Source: Promethearchaeum syntrophicum
GTDB lineage: Archaea > Asgardarchaeota > Lokiarchaeia > Sigyniarchaeales > Promethearchaeaceae
Assembly (NCBI RefSeq): GCF_008000775.2
Contig: NZ_CP042905.2
Span: 3,750,001 to 3,782,000 of the forward strand
Length of the DNA: 32,000 nucleotides
Direction of reading: 5' to 3'
Shown one piece after another: positions 8,946 through 18,256 of this stretch. The translations under genes and the position numbers were made by a program. Position 1 is the first letter of the stretch. Each line of letters begins with the position of its first letter. Below the pieces are notes generated by a model that saw only the letters and a list, made by a program, of their open reading frames with translations, was not told the DNA's origin and did no database searches.

Positions 8946-9392
8946 ATGAAATATCAAGTTGAAATAAAAATAAACCGTTCAATTGATGAGGTTATTCCCT
9001 TATTTGACAGTTTTGAAAATCTCAAAAAATGGCAACCTGGATTGCAATCTTTCGAACACTTGGAAGGTACTCCTGGAGAGAATGGTGCGAAAACGCGTTT
9101 GATTTACATTGAGAAGGGGGGGAGAAATGTAGAAATGATTGAAACAATCATCAATAGAAATCTTCCCGAAGAATTTACTGCAACTTATGATGCAAAAGGG
9201 GTTAAAAATTGGGTCAAGAATCAATTTGTAGAAAGTGGGGCTAACCAAACAAGATGGATTAATGAAAATATATTTAATTTTACTGGATTTATGAAAATTA
9301 TGGGTTTCTTAATGAAATCTGCATTTCCTAAGCAAACATTAAAAGATATGGCATTATTCAAAGATTTTGTTGAAGCTTCACCTAAGAAATGA
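8946..9392 (+). CDS. SRPBCC (START/polyketide-cyclase-like) superfamily protein
   Basis: 148 aa. The N-terminal I.INRSIDEV..LFDSFENLKKWQPGL.S and the size are typical of SRPBCC ligand-binding proteins. Assignment is by pattern memory, with no search run. Confidence 0.65.
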   Translation: MKYQVEIKINRSIDEVIPLFDSFENLKKWQPGLQSFEHLEGTPGENGAKTRLIYIEKGGRNVEMIETIINRNLPEEFTATYDAKGVKNWVKNQFVESGANQTRWINENIFNFTGFMKIMGFLMKSAFPKQTLKDMALFKDFVEASPKK

Positions 9393-9617
9393 TTGGTATT
9401 CAAGAATAAATGCAAAATTAGACATTAAAATTTCTAAAAAATCATTATTTTTTTGAGGGGGTTCAATTCGAACCTTCGATTAATTATTACTGAAAAAAAC
9501 AGATTTAAACACTATTCAAAAAATTATGTATATTTTTTTTCCTAAAATTGTACTAAAATGATGGAACTACACTTTTATTTTGGTAATACTAATAATATGT
9601 CATAGGAATAATGAAAA

Positions 9618-10190
9618 ATGGTTTCACCAAAAAAAAAAAATAATTTGCCATATATTGAGGTTTCTGTCGTAAAAACTCAAGGAGATAAACTCAAAATATT
9701 ACAAATTTTAGAGAAGAAAGCCTATAGTTCTAAAACTGGTGAAGTGGTTTTAAAAAAAACCCCCGAAAATCCTATTCTCAGGATAGTTTATCCTTCTGAG
9801 GAAGTTTTACTTAATGTTTATAAACGAGATGAGTATGTATACGAGTCTGCAGTGAAATTGGCAAATATGGGAGTAATTACACCTTCCAAAATTAAAACAG
9901 CGTTAAAAAATGGAACAAATCATAATGACAATTTATATCTTATCTTAAAATATAAAACGAATTTTAAAGCCCCAATTCTAAGAAATTATAGTTTTACATA
10001 TAAACTGGCAGAAATGCTTGGATTATCCATGAGTTATGAAGAAGTGGATGATGGATTTTTATTATTTTATCAAACCCGAGAAGATTTTGAGGTAGGAAAA
10101 ATAGATTTAACTCAATTTAAAGAAGTGAAAAGGCAGCTCGAAGAACGAGATGCTTGGCAAGAAGATTATGAAAAACTTTGGGATCATTAA
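9618..10190 (+). CDS. Hypothetical protein
   Basis: 190-aa ORF in a 225-bp-flanked slot, with no competing ORF and no recognisable motif. Confidence 0.55.
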   Translation: MVSPKKKNNLPYIEVSVVKTQGDKLKILQILEKKAYSSKTGEVVLKKTPENPILRIVYPSEEVLLNVYKRDEYVYESAVKLANMGVITPSKIKTALKNGTNHNDNLYLILKYKTNFKAPILRNYSFTYKLAEMLGLSMSYEEVDDGFLLFYQTREDFEVGKIDLTQFKEVKRQLEERDAWQEDYEKLWDH

Positions 10191-10235
10191 GCACATCATG
10201 TGATCTATAAATTAAATGAGATTCCAAACACTGTT

Positions 10236-11327
10236 CTAAATATTCCTAGACAGCAATCCAAATTCAAATTTCCTTATATGTTCTAAATTACTAAACAAAT
10301 ATTTTCTCGGTTCAGGACTTTTTCCAAGGATTTCGTGTGAATTGAGATATGAATATTTTTTTACTTTATCAAATTTATAGTCAGAATAATTTTTAAAAGC
10401 ACACAATATAACCGCTTCAAAATCATTATAAAAAAATAAGATTGTGGCTGTAGAATTCAAATTTTGAATTATTTCATTGGTTGGAGGTTTATCGGGTCGA
10501 AATCGAAAATGATAATAAACTAGTAGTTCAAAACCTATTAAATCCAAATTCGGAATAATAATTTTTCGCATTAAACCATTATTGAGAAATTTTTGCCTCA
10601 TTTTTGATAATGTATTCCGATTCAATGAAATATAATTTAATTCTGCAATTTCTTTGATTGATTTGTTTGGATAATCAATCAAAGCTATAAAAACATCTTT
10701 TTCTTTCTGAGAGAGAATGGTTAAATCTTGGTTTCCAAAGATAGAAGAAAATTTAACAGTTTTTTTGTCTTTTAGTAGATTTTCGTCACGGTCTTTATTA
10801 GTTAAATCAGTATTTTTTATTGAGAAAGCATGCCTCAATATTCCTGAATAATTAAAAAAATTATAAATAATAGAATAATTGATTGGAAATATGATGTTTT
10901 CAGGGTTTTTTGTAAGAATACCTAGATTACCCATTTTTTCAAGCCGAGCCAGAGTATTTTTATGAAATTCGCTGTAGTTCTTGTTAACACTGATCGAAAA
11001 TTCTTTTTCCGGATCACCTATCCTCAAAAAAATATCATCTGCTAGCTTAATATCTTTAGCCATCGAATTTTTACGCTTATTTATTGATATTTTTAGGTTG
11101 TATTCGGCAAAATTGATACACAATAACTCAAAACCTAATCGATTCAAAATTGGAAGATAAACAACTTGAAACAAATCTTGCTTCTCAAGTTGATTTCTGC
11201 AGTAATTAACTGTCGAATCTTTCATATGTAAATATGTTGCAAGGATTTTATCACTTGCGTTTGGGTATTTTACCATGCCAAATAATACTCTTTCCTCATT
11301 CTTAGTAAGACTTGAATCGTTTGACAT
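10236..11327 (-). CDS. Putative transcriptional regulator with internally duplicated wHTH + alpha/beta module
   Basis: 363-aa ORF starting 21 nt after the hutU stop on the same strand. Two colinear halves are visible: ERVLFGMVKYPNASDKILATYLHMKDSTVNYCRNQLEKQDLFQVVYLPILNRLGFELLCINFAEY versus KDVFIALIDYPNKSIKEIAELNYISLNRNTLSKMRQKFLNNGLMRKIIIPNLDLIGFELLVYYHFRF. The HTH-like spacing resembles MarR/Lrp-type winged helices. The function is inferred. Confidence 0.45.
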   Translation of the reverse strand: MSNDSSLTKNEERVLFGMVKYPNASDKILATYLHMKDSTVNYCRNQLEKQDLFQVVYLPILNRLGFELLCINFAEYNLKISINKRKNSMAKDIKLADDIFLRIGDPEKEFSISVNKNYSEFHKNTLARLEKMGNLGILTKNPENIIFPINYSIIYNFFNYSGILRHAFSIKNTDLTNKDRDENLLKDKKTVKFSSIFGNQDLTILSQKEKDVFIALIDYPNKSIKEIAELNYISLNRNTLSKMRQKFLNNGLMRKIIIPNLDLIGFELLVYYHFRFRPDKPPTNEIIQNLNSTATILFFYNDFEAVILCAFKNYSDYKFDKVKKYSYLNSHEILGKSPEPRKYLFSNLEHIRKFEFGLLSRNI

Positions 11328-11348
11328 GATAATTTTCCCTTTTGTTAT

Positions 11349-13379
11349 TTATTTTTTCAATGAATTTCTAACTAAATTCTCAACAAAGTCTTCATCGGGA
11401 ATTTCAGGAATAGTAATAAATCCATCTCCCTCTTTTTTCTTTATCCAAGTTTTGGCAGTTTCAATCGCATGGGGATTTCTCGCCCAAGCGCGCCTGGCAA
11501 TACCACAATAAACATCCCAGTCCAATGCAAGCTTTATAATATTATCAACTCGTTCACTACCATCTAAAACCAAACCAAATCCACCGTTGATGACTTTCCC
11601 CGTTCCAACGCCACCACCATTCTGGAGTACAACCATCGTCATTCCCCGAGCTGCATTACCTGCCCATGATTGATGAGCCATATCGGCCATAATATTACTA
11701 CCATCTTTGATATTACTAGTTTCACGGAAAGGACTATCGGTTCCTGAAACATCATGATGATCGCGACCTAACATAACAGGGCCAATCTCGTTATCACGAA
11801 CCATTTCATTGAATTTAAGGGCAATTTTTACCCTTCCCTCCCCATCAGCATATAGTATTCGCGCTTTGGTGCCCACAACCATTTTATTTTCCTTAGCATC
11901 TCTCATCCAAATATAATTATCACGATCTTGACCACGTTTTATTGGACGACTCTCCCAAATCTCTTTGATTATATCACGCGCAGCTATATCTGTTTTATCT
12001 AAATCTTCATCTTTTCTGCTTAAACATACCCATCTAAATGGTCCATAGCCATAATCAAAACAAATAGGTCCTACTAAATCTTCAACATAAGATGGAAAAA
12101 TAAATCCATTTTTTGGATCTTTTAAAATTGCGATATCTTGTGCTCCAGCATCATATACTGCTTTCAGGAAAGAATTACCATAATCCCAAAATTTAGTTCC
12201 CCGATTATGCATAATTTTAATCAGCTCAAATTGTCTACGCAGAGATTTATCGACCATTTTTTTAAACTCATGGAGATCATTCTTAAGCAACTCCCTACCA
12301 TCCTCATATGATAAACCTGCAGGAGTATAACCTCCTTCATATGCTGCATGACAGCTTGTTTGATCTGAAGCTAGTTCTACTTTAATATCATTATCCACTA
12401 CATATTGCCAGAGATCAACTACGTTCCCATTGTATCCAATTGAAACCGACTCTTTACGTTTACGATAATCTTCGACCCAACTAAAAATTTCTTCTAAATT
12501 ATCAGAATGTTTGCCAATCCAACCTTGATCAAACCTCGTTTTTAGTGCTGAAAAATTAACTTCTGCAATAATAGTAATTCCATTCGCAATTTCGACAGCT
12601 TTTCCTTGTGCTCCTGACATTCCACCTAATCCGGAAGTAATATATAAAACTCCTTTCAAATCCTCATCATCAGAATGGTTTAAATATTTTCGGCCTGCAT
12701 TCAATAGTGTTAAGTATGTCCCATGGACGATTCCTTGAGGTCCTATATACATCCAGCCTCCACATGTCATTTGTCCATAGTTACTCACTCCTAATACTTG
12801 AGCTCTCTGAAAATCTTCGGTGTTATCGAACATTCCAATCATGAGCCCATTTGTAAGTATAACTCGAGGGGCATTTCTGGAACTTGGAAACAGCCCGAGT
12901 GGATGCCCTGACATAACAACTAATGTCTGGTTATCTTTCATAATTTCGAGATATTTTTTGATGAGTTGGTATTGCATCCAATTTTGACAGACTTGCGCTG
13001 TGGAGCCGTATGTAACAAGTTCATATGGAAAAAGGGCGATTTCAAAATCAAGATTGTTGTCAATCATTACTTGAATAGCACGACTCTCTTCAATTCCTTT
13101 GTATTCTTCTTGAGGTTTACCGATTAAGGGTCCTTTTGGTCTATATCTATATCCATAAATTCTTCCACGTGTGATCAGTTCATTGAGAAATTCTGGAGCC
13201 AGTTTTTCGTGTAATTCTTTTGGGATATATCGTAGTGCGTTTTTCAATGCAAGAATGGTGTCATTTTCATTTAGATTAAAAGGTCTATTTGGCGCCCTTC
13301 GATATTGTGGGTCAAATTCCGGTTTTTCAGGCAGTTCATTGGGTAATTTAATAATAGTGATAGGGTTTGTTGTATTCAT
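11349..13379 (-). CDS. hutU: Urocanate hydratase (urocanase), long form
   Basis: 676 aa. Diagnostic stretches are YGQMTCGGWMYIGPQGIVHGT, GLGGMSGAQ (NAD site), DQTSCH, GPFRWVC and RDHHDVSGTDSPFRETSNIKDGS. Confidence 0.93.
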   Translation of the reverse strand: MNTTNPITIIKLPNELPEKPEFDPQYRRAPNRPFNLNENDTILALKNALRYIPKELHEKLAPEFLNELITRGRIYGYRYRPKGPLIGKPQEEYKGIEESRAIQVMIDNNLDFEIALFPYELVTYGSTAQVCQNWMQYQLIKKYLEIMKDNQTLVVMSGHPLGLFPSSRNAPRVILTNGLMIGMFDNTEDFQRAQVLGVSNYGQMTCGGWMYIGPQGIVHGTYLTLLNAGRKYLNHSDDEDLKGVLYITSGLGGMSGAQGKAVEIANGITIIAEVNFSALKTRFDQGWIGKHSDNLEEIFSWVEDYRKRKESVSIGYNGNVVDLWQYVVDNDIKVELASDQTSCHAAYEGGYTPAGLSYEDGRELLKNDLHEFKKMVDKSLRRQFELIKIMHNRGTKFWDYGNSFLKAVYDAGAQDIAILKDPKNGFIFPSYVEDLVGPICFDYGYGPFRWVCLSRKDEDLDKTDIAARDIIKEIWESRPIKRGQDRDNYIWMRDAKENKMVVGTKARILYADGEGRVKIALKFNEMVRDNEIGPVMLGRDHHDVSGTDSPFRETSNIKDGSNIMADMAHQSWAGNAARGMTMVVLQNGGGVGTGKVINGGFGLVLDGSERVDNIIKLALDWDVYCGIARRAWARNPHAIETAKTWIKKKEGDGFITIPEIPDEDFVENLVRNSLKK

Positions 13380-13555
13380 AATTTTATTTTGTAATTGAAT
13401 AATAAAAATTTTTCTAAAGAATAATGCATTTCTCCAAAAAAAAGGATTTTACTTAAACTAATTTTAAGATTTCAGGGTATAAATTGATTATAATGATAAA
13501 AATTTGATATTAATTTCTAAAAAATGCAATCTTATTTATATAATAATAAATTTTT
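13380..13555. promoter_or_regulatory. Divergent hutU / hutH-hutI-fhs control region with TATA-like boxes and a ~20-nt direct repeat
   Basis: 176-bp spacer between divergent genes. The TATA-like ATTTATATAA at 13534-13543 lies just upstream of the hutH ATGs (13556, 13562), consistent with a leaderless or short-leader transcript. A TTTTTATTATT-type box (minus sense) lies ~25 nt upstream of the hutU ATG. Direct repeat: TTTCTAAAGAATAATGCATTTCT (13411-13433) and TTTCTAAAAAATGCAATCTT (13514-13533). Confidence 0.35.
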
Positions 13556-15091
13556 ATGGTTATGACTGAAATTTTTCGTTTGGGAATAGATCATTTAACA
13601 CCATTACTAGCCACTAAGATAGCTCGGGGAGAAATTAAAGGAGTATTGACAGAAGAATCAATAAAAAGAGTAAACGAATGCCATGCTACGGTTAATAAAA
13701 TTGCAAAAGGAATAGATCCTGTTTATGCAATTAACACTGGATTTGGTAGTCTCTGTACAACCAAGATATCTTATGAAGATGCAGGAAAATTACAAGAAAA
13801 CTTATTAAAATCACATAGCGTAGGTGTTGGTGATCCGATCGAAAATGAAATTGCCAAATTAATGCTGATTTTGAAGGTACATGCATTATGTCAAGGTTAT
13901 AGCGGCGCATCAATTGGATTAATAGAGCGAATTATATGGCATATCGACAATAATATTATCCCCAAAGTTCCAGAACAAGGATCCGTAGGAGCCTCGGGAG
14001 ATTTATGCCCGTTGGCTCATTTATTTTTACCTTTAATAGGATTAGGAGAACTATCAATTGATGGTGGAAGAACTTATACTACAACTGAAAAATTATTACA
14101 AGAAAAAAATATGGCAAAATTTTCACTAGGTGCTAAAGAAGGCCTTGCTCTTATAAATGGAACACAATTTATGGCCGCTCACGGTATTAAAATTGTAGAA
14201 CGTTTAAAAAATTGTCAAGATCATGCAGATATTATTGCTGCTATTAGTTTAGAAGGATTTTTAGGATCCAAAGCTCCTTTTGATAAACGTTTGCATGAAA
14301 TTCGCCCACATCCTGGAGCCCAAATCGTAGCTGAACGAATTAGAAAATTGTTAAACAAATCAGAATTGATTGAATCGCACAAAGATTGTAATCGAGTTCA
14401 AGATCCTTATAGTTTCAGGTGCATACCTCAAGTACATGGTGCAAGTCGTGACGCTTTAGTTCATTTAGAAGATATCCTAACAATAGAAATAAACTCCGTA
14501 ACTGATAACCCGAACATATTTATAACTGATGGAATTCCGGTAGCTATTTCAGGTGGCGGATTTCACGGGGAACCTATTGCATTACCATTGGATTACGCAG
14601 GTTTGGCAGCATCTGAACTAGGAAATATATCTGATAGGCGAATTTATCTGTTACTTGGAGAAAAAGGAGATTATGGACTACCCGATTATTTAATTGAAGA
14701 ATCTGGTTTAAATTCTGGATTCATGATTACTCAATACCTCACAGCCGCTTTGGTTAGTGAAAATAAATCCTTGTGTTTCCCAGCAAGCGCAGATAGCATT
14801 CCAACAAGCAATGGTGTGGAAGATATTGTTTCAATGGGATCTATTAGTGCTCGAAAAACTCTGAAAATAATCGATAATTTAGAAAAAATTTTAGGTGTGG
14901 AATTATTTTGTGCTTGTCAAGCAATTGATTTTCGACAACCGTTAAAATCTAGTCCTATCTTAGAAAAATGCCTTAAATATGTGAGAACTAAAATCCCACA
15001 TATAAAAAATGATGAAGTTTTATCAAAATACATAGAAACTGCAATTGAAATCGTACGCGGTCAACAATTGCTTATTTTTTTCAATGAATAA
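13556..15091 (+). CDS. hutH: Histidine ammonia-lyase
   Basis: 511 aa. GSVGASGDLCPLAHL contains the Ala-Ser-Gly triad that forms the MIO cofactor. NGTQFM and GGFHGEP are also conserved lyase-family blocks. The start may be ATG 13562 (MTEIF). Confidence 0.93.
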   Translation: MVMTEIFRLGIDHLTPLLATKIARGEIKGVLTEESIKRVNECHATVNKIAKGIDPVYAINTGFGSLCTTKISYEDAGKLQENLLKSHSVGVGDPIENEIAKLMLILKVHALCQGYSGASIGLIERIIWHIDNNIIPKVPEQGSVGASGDLCPLAHLFLPLIGLGELSIDGGRTYTTTEKLLQEKNMAKFSLGAKEGLALINGTQFMAAHGIKIVERLKNCQDHADIIAAISLEGFLGSKAPFDKRLHEIRPHPGAQIVAERIRKLLNKSELIESHKDCNRVQDPYSFRCIPQVHGASRDALVHLEDILTIEINSVTDNPNIFITDGIPVAISGGGFHGEPIALPLDYAGLAASELGNISDRRIYLLLGEKGDYGLPDYLIEESGLNSGFMITQYLTAALVSENKSLCFPASADSIPTSNGVEDIVSMGSISARKTLKIIDNLEKILGVELFCACQAIDFRQPLKSSPILEKCLKYVRTKIPHIKNDEVLSKYIETAIEIVRGQQLLIFFNE

Positions 15092-15151
15092 ATTTAAAAT
15101 TTAAAAGTTTAGTTAAGGATATTAATAGAGAATAAGTTTAAATAAAAATAG

Positions 15152-16420
15152 GTGGAAAATTTGGTTCAAAAAACGCTCGTAGGGCCTTTTAAGCAGATAT
15201 TAACTATGAATAACCTCCCCGATAAGGGTCCGATCAAGGATAATCAATTGGAAATAATTGAAGGTGGAGGTATATTAATTGAAGATGAGATAATTGCAGC
15301 GGTGTATGAAAAAAAGCAGTTTGATGAAGAACGGAAACATTATAAAAAGAAAAGTGGAGATAAAAGTTATTTTAAAGTAGAGAAAGATGCCGTTCTCGTT
15401 CCAGGATTTATAGATTCACACACTCACATGATATATGCAGGATCTAGAGCGAAAGATTACGCAAGAAGAAACGCTGGTGAAAGTTATTTAGATATTGCAA
15501 GAAAAGGAGGGGGAATTCTGAGTACGGTAAAAAAAACCCGCGAAGCTAGTTTTAAACAGTTAAAACAATTACTTTTTGAAAGAGGCTTAACCCATATTAA
15601 ATGCGGAATTACAACCACTGAGGTTAAAAGTGGATATGGGCTTGATCTGGAAAACGAATTAAAAACCCTAAGAGTAATAAAGAATTTAAAAGAATCAAGG
15701 TCTTTAATTCCTGAATTAATCCCAACTTGTTTATCAGCCCATGTAAAACCGGCAGAATTTGAAACCCATGAAGAATATTTAAATTATATTCTAAAAGAAA
15801 TTCTACCGATTATCAAAGAAGAAAAACTTAGTAACCGCGTTGATATTTTTATTGAAGAAGGCGCTTTTACTCCAGAAATCTCTTTGAAATTCTTAGAAAC
15901 GGCAAAAAAAATGGGTTTTAAAATAACTGTACATGCAGATCAATTTTCTACTGGAGGATCTGAAGTTGCCGCTAAAGTTGGAGCCATAAGTGCAGATCAT
16001 CTTGAGGCGAGTGGGGAAACTGAATTTTCACTGTTAAAACAAGGAAATGTTATTGCCACAGTACTTCCAGGAGCATCAATGGGATTAGGAATGCATTATG
16101 CCCCCGCCCGAAGAATGCTGGATGCTGGTTTATGTGTAGTAATTGCATCTGATTGGAATCCAGGGACTGCACCGATGGGAGATTTATTAATTCAAGCAGC
16201 GGTTTTGGGTGCAAATCAAAAACTTTCCATTGCTGAAACGCTGTCAGCCATTACAAATCGAGCAGCAATGGCTTTAGACTTAAATGACAGAGGCATTATC
16301 AAACCGGGATACTTAGCAGATTTCATTGCGTTTCCATGTTCGGATCATGAAGATATTTTTTATAATCAAGGAGTCCTAAGACCAAATCAAATCTGGAGGA
16401 AAGGAACCAGAATAATTTAG
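15152..16420 (+). CDS. hutI: Imidazolonepropionase
   Basis: 422 aa. GFIDSHTHMIYAG (HxH metal site), VHADQF and ASDWNPG are amidohydrolase/HutI blocks. The start is uncertain: GTG 15152 (track), or TTG 15161 which sits 5 nt after AGGTGG. Confidence 0.9.
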   Translation: MENLVQKTLVGPFKQILTMNNLPDKGPIKDNQLEIIEGGGILIEDEIIAAVYEKKQFDEERKHYKKKSGDKSYFKVEKDAVLVPGFIDSHTHMIYAGSRAKDYARRNAGESYLDIARKGGGILSTVKKTREASFKQLKQLLFERGLTHIKCGITTTEVKSGYGLDLENELKTLRVIKNLKESRSLIPELIPTCLSAHVKPAEFETHEEYLNYILKEILPIIKEEKLSNRVDIFIEEGAFTPEISLKFLETAKKMGFKITVHADQFSTGGSEVAAKVGAISADHLEASGETEFSLLKQGNVIATVLPGASMGLGMHYAPARRMLDAGLCVVIASDWNPGTAPMGDLLIQAAVLGANQKLSIAETLSAITNRAAMALDLNDRGIIKPGYLADFIAFPCSDHEDIFYNQGVLRPNQIWRKGTRII

Positions 16421-16433
16421 AGATGATAAAAAT

Positions 16434-18104
16434 ATGAAACAAGATATAGAAATCGCAAGGGAAGCGGAACTTCGACCGATCTATGAAATTGCAGCAAAAA
16501 TGGGAATACCGGAAGAAGCATTAGAACCTTATGGTAAAAATAAAGCAAAAATTAGTCTTGATTTCTGTTTTAAATGTAAAAAACAGCTTAAACCAGGGAA
16601 ACTAATCTTGGTAACCGCTACCAGCCCTACCCCCGCAGGTGAAGGAAAAACTACTACTTCAATTGGTTTAACCGAAGCACTCAATCGATTAAATAAACAA
16701 GCAGCTGTGTGTATTAGAGAACCTTCATTAGGTCCTGTATTCGGAATAAAAGGAGGAGCAGCTGGAGGGGGATATTCTCAAGTTGTACCAATGGAAGATA
16801 TTAATTTGCATTTTACGGGAGATCTTCATGCTATTACCTCTGCTCATAATTCTTTAGCTGCTTTAATGAACAATGCAATTTATCGAAGAAAAATTGATTT
16901 AGATCCTAAACGTATTTTGTGGAATCGAGTAATGGATGTTAACGATCGTGCACTAAGAAATATAATAGTAGGTTTAGGTGGCCATACTGATGGAGTATCG
17001 CATCAAAGTAGCTTTGATATAACCGCTGCTAGCGAATTAATGGCAATTTTATGCCTTTCAAATAATATAGCTGAACTAAAGGAAAAAATTGGAAATATTC
17101 TTCTTGGTTTTAATTACGCTGGAGATCCAGTCTATTGTCGCGATTTAGGTGTAGAGGGTGCCATTACTGTTTTACTTAAAGATGCTATTAAACCCAATTT
17201 AGTACAGACCATGGAAAATAACCCGGCTTTTGTACATGGAGGTCCATTCGCGAATATCGCTCAAGGATACAATACAATAATTGCTGCCCAAATGGCCCTT
17301 CATACTAATGATATTGTTGTTACTGAAGCGGGATTTGGAAGTGATCTTGGAGCCGAGAAATTTTTCGATTTAGTTTGTCCATATGGAGGATTTACACCAA
17401 GTCTTACTGTAATGGTGACAACTATTCGCGCATTAAAAATGCATGGAGGTCAATTACTTGATAGAATTACTCTAAAAAATACCGAAACATTACACAAGGG
17501 TTTATCAAATTTAGGTCGCCATTTAGAAAATACTAAGAAGTTTGGTGTGGATTGCATTGTTGCACTAAATAAAATCATGTCGGATACAGATGAAGAAATC
17601 CAAATCGTTGTTGACTATTGTAAAGAACTTGGATTTGATATTGCAATCTCTGAAGTTTGGGAAAAAGGTGGAGAAGGTGGTGAAGAATTAGCAAAACTTG
17701 TGTTAAGACACCTTGATGAAGAGAAAACTGATTATCATCAGCTTTACGACTGGAATATGCCAGTAGAAGATAAAATTAGAATAATTGCTAAAGAAATTTA
17801 CCGAGCTGATGACATTGAATTATTGGATGAAGCAATAGATGATATCAAGTTTATTAACAAACTAAAATTGGATAATTTACCGATATGTATTGCAAAAACT
17901 CAAAAATCCTTCTCTGATGATCCTAAATTAATCGGAGCGCCTACTGGTTTTACTATGAAAGTAAGAAGAGTTATAATTGCTTCAGGAGCAGGATTTTTAA
18001 TCCCGATAACAGGAAAAATGTTACGAATGCCCGGATTACCTTTAATCCCAGCGGCAGAATCCATTGATATCGATTATGATGGTGATGTTGTTGGGCTTTT
18101 CTAA
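16434..18104 (+). CDS. fhs: Formate--tetrahydrofolate ligase (formyl-THF synthetase)
   Basis: 556 aa. The TSPTPAGEGKTTTSIGL P-loop, the FDITAASE and GPFANIAQG blocks, and the length are all typical of FTHFS. It starts 13 nt after hutI. Confidence 0.93.
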   Translation: MKQDIEIAREAELRPIYEIAAKMGIPEEALEPYGKNKAKISLDFCFKCKKQLKPGKLILVTATSPTPAGEGKTTTSIGLTEALNRLNKQAAVCIREPSLGPVFGIKGGAAGGGYSQVVPMEDINLHFTGDLHAITSAHNSLAALMNNAIYRRKIDLDPKRILWNRVMDVNDRALRNIIVGLGGHTDGVSHQSSFDITAASELMAILCLSNNIAELKEKIGNILLGFNYAGDPVYCRDLGVEGAITVLLKDAIKPNLVQTMENNPAFVHGGPFANIAQGYNTIIAAQMALHTNDIVVTEAGFGSDLGAEKFFDLVCPYGGFTPSLTVMVTTIRALKMHGGQLLDRITLKNTETLHKGLSNLGRHLENTKKFGVDCIVALNKIMSDTDEEIQIVVDYCKELGFDIAISEVWEKGGEGGEELAKLVLRHLDEEKTDYHQLYDWNMPVEDKIRIIAKEIYRADDIELLDEAIDDIKFINKLKLDNLPICIAKTQKSFSDDPKLIGAPTGFTMKVRRVIIASGAGFLIPITGKMLRMPGLPLIPAAESIDIDYDGDVVGLF

Positions 18105-18256
18105 TCTTTTTTTGATAAATTTTGGATAAAAAAAAAGTCTTAATTAAATTAAATATAAAGGAATATTGATAGAATCTATTTAGAAAAACATGTATTGTTC
18201 AAAAATTATTCCTCAATCGTTTTAAACTATTTTTTGCTTCTTCATATTGAACTATA

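Noticed and set aside
9455-9480. GAGGGGGTTCAATTCGAACC resembles a tRNA T-arm and shares GGGTTCAATTC with tRNA-Trp at 22774-22784; I considered an att-site remnant of an integrated element
   Set aside because: The similarity stops inside the T loop. The downstream sequence (GAACCTTCG) does not match the tRNA 3' end, and no acceptor-stem sequence is present. It forms a GGTTC/GAACC hairpin after a T-run, downstream of the SRPBCC gene, so it is more simply a terminator-like hairpin or a chance match.
18105-18125. Oligo-T tracts directly after stop codons (e.g. T7 at 18108-18114 after fhs; similar tracts after 23814 and 28240) as archaeal terminators
   Set aside because: This is plausible, because archaeal termination uses T-runs. 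However, T-runs are ubiquitous in this AT-rich sequence, so individual calls are not supportable without 3'-end mapping.
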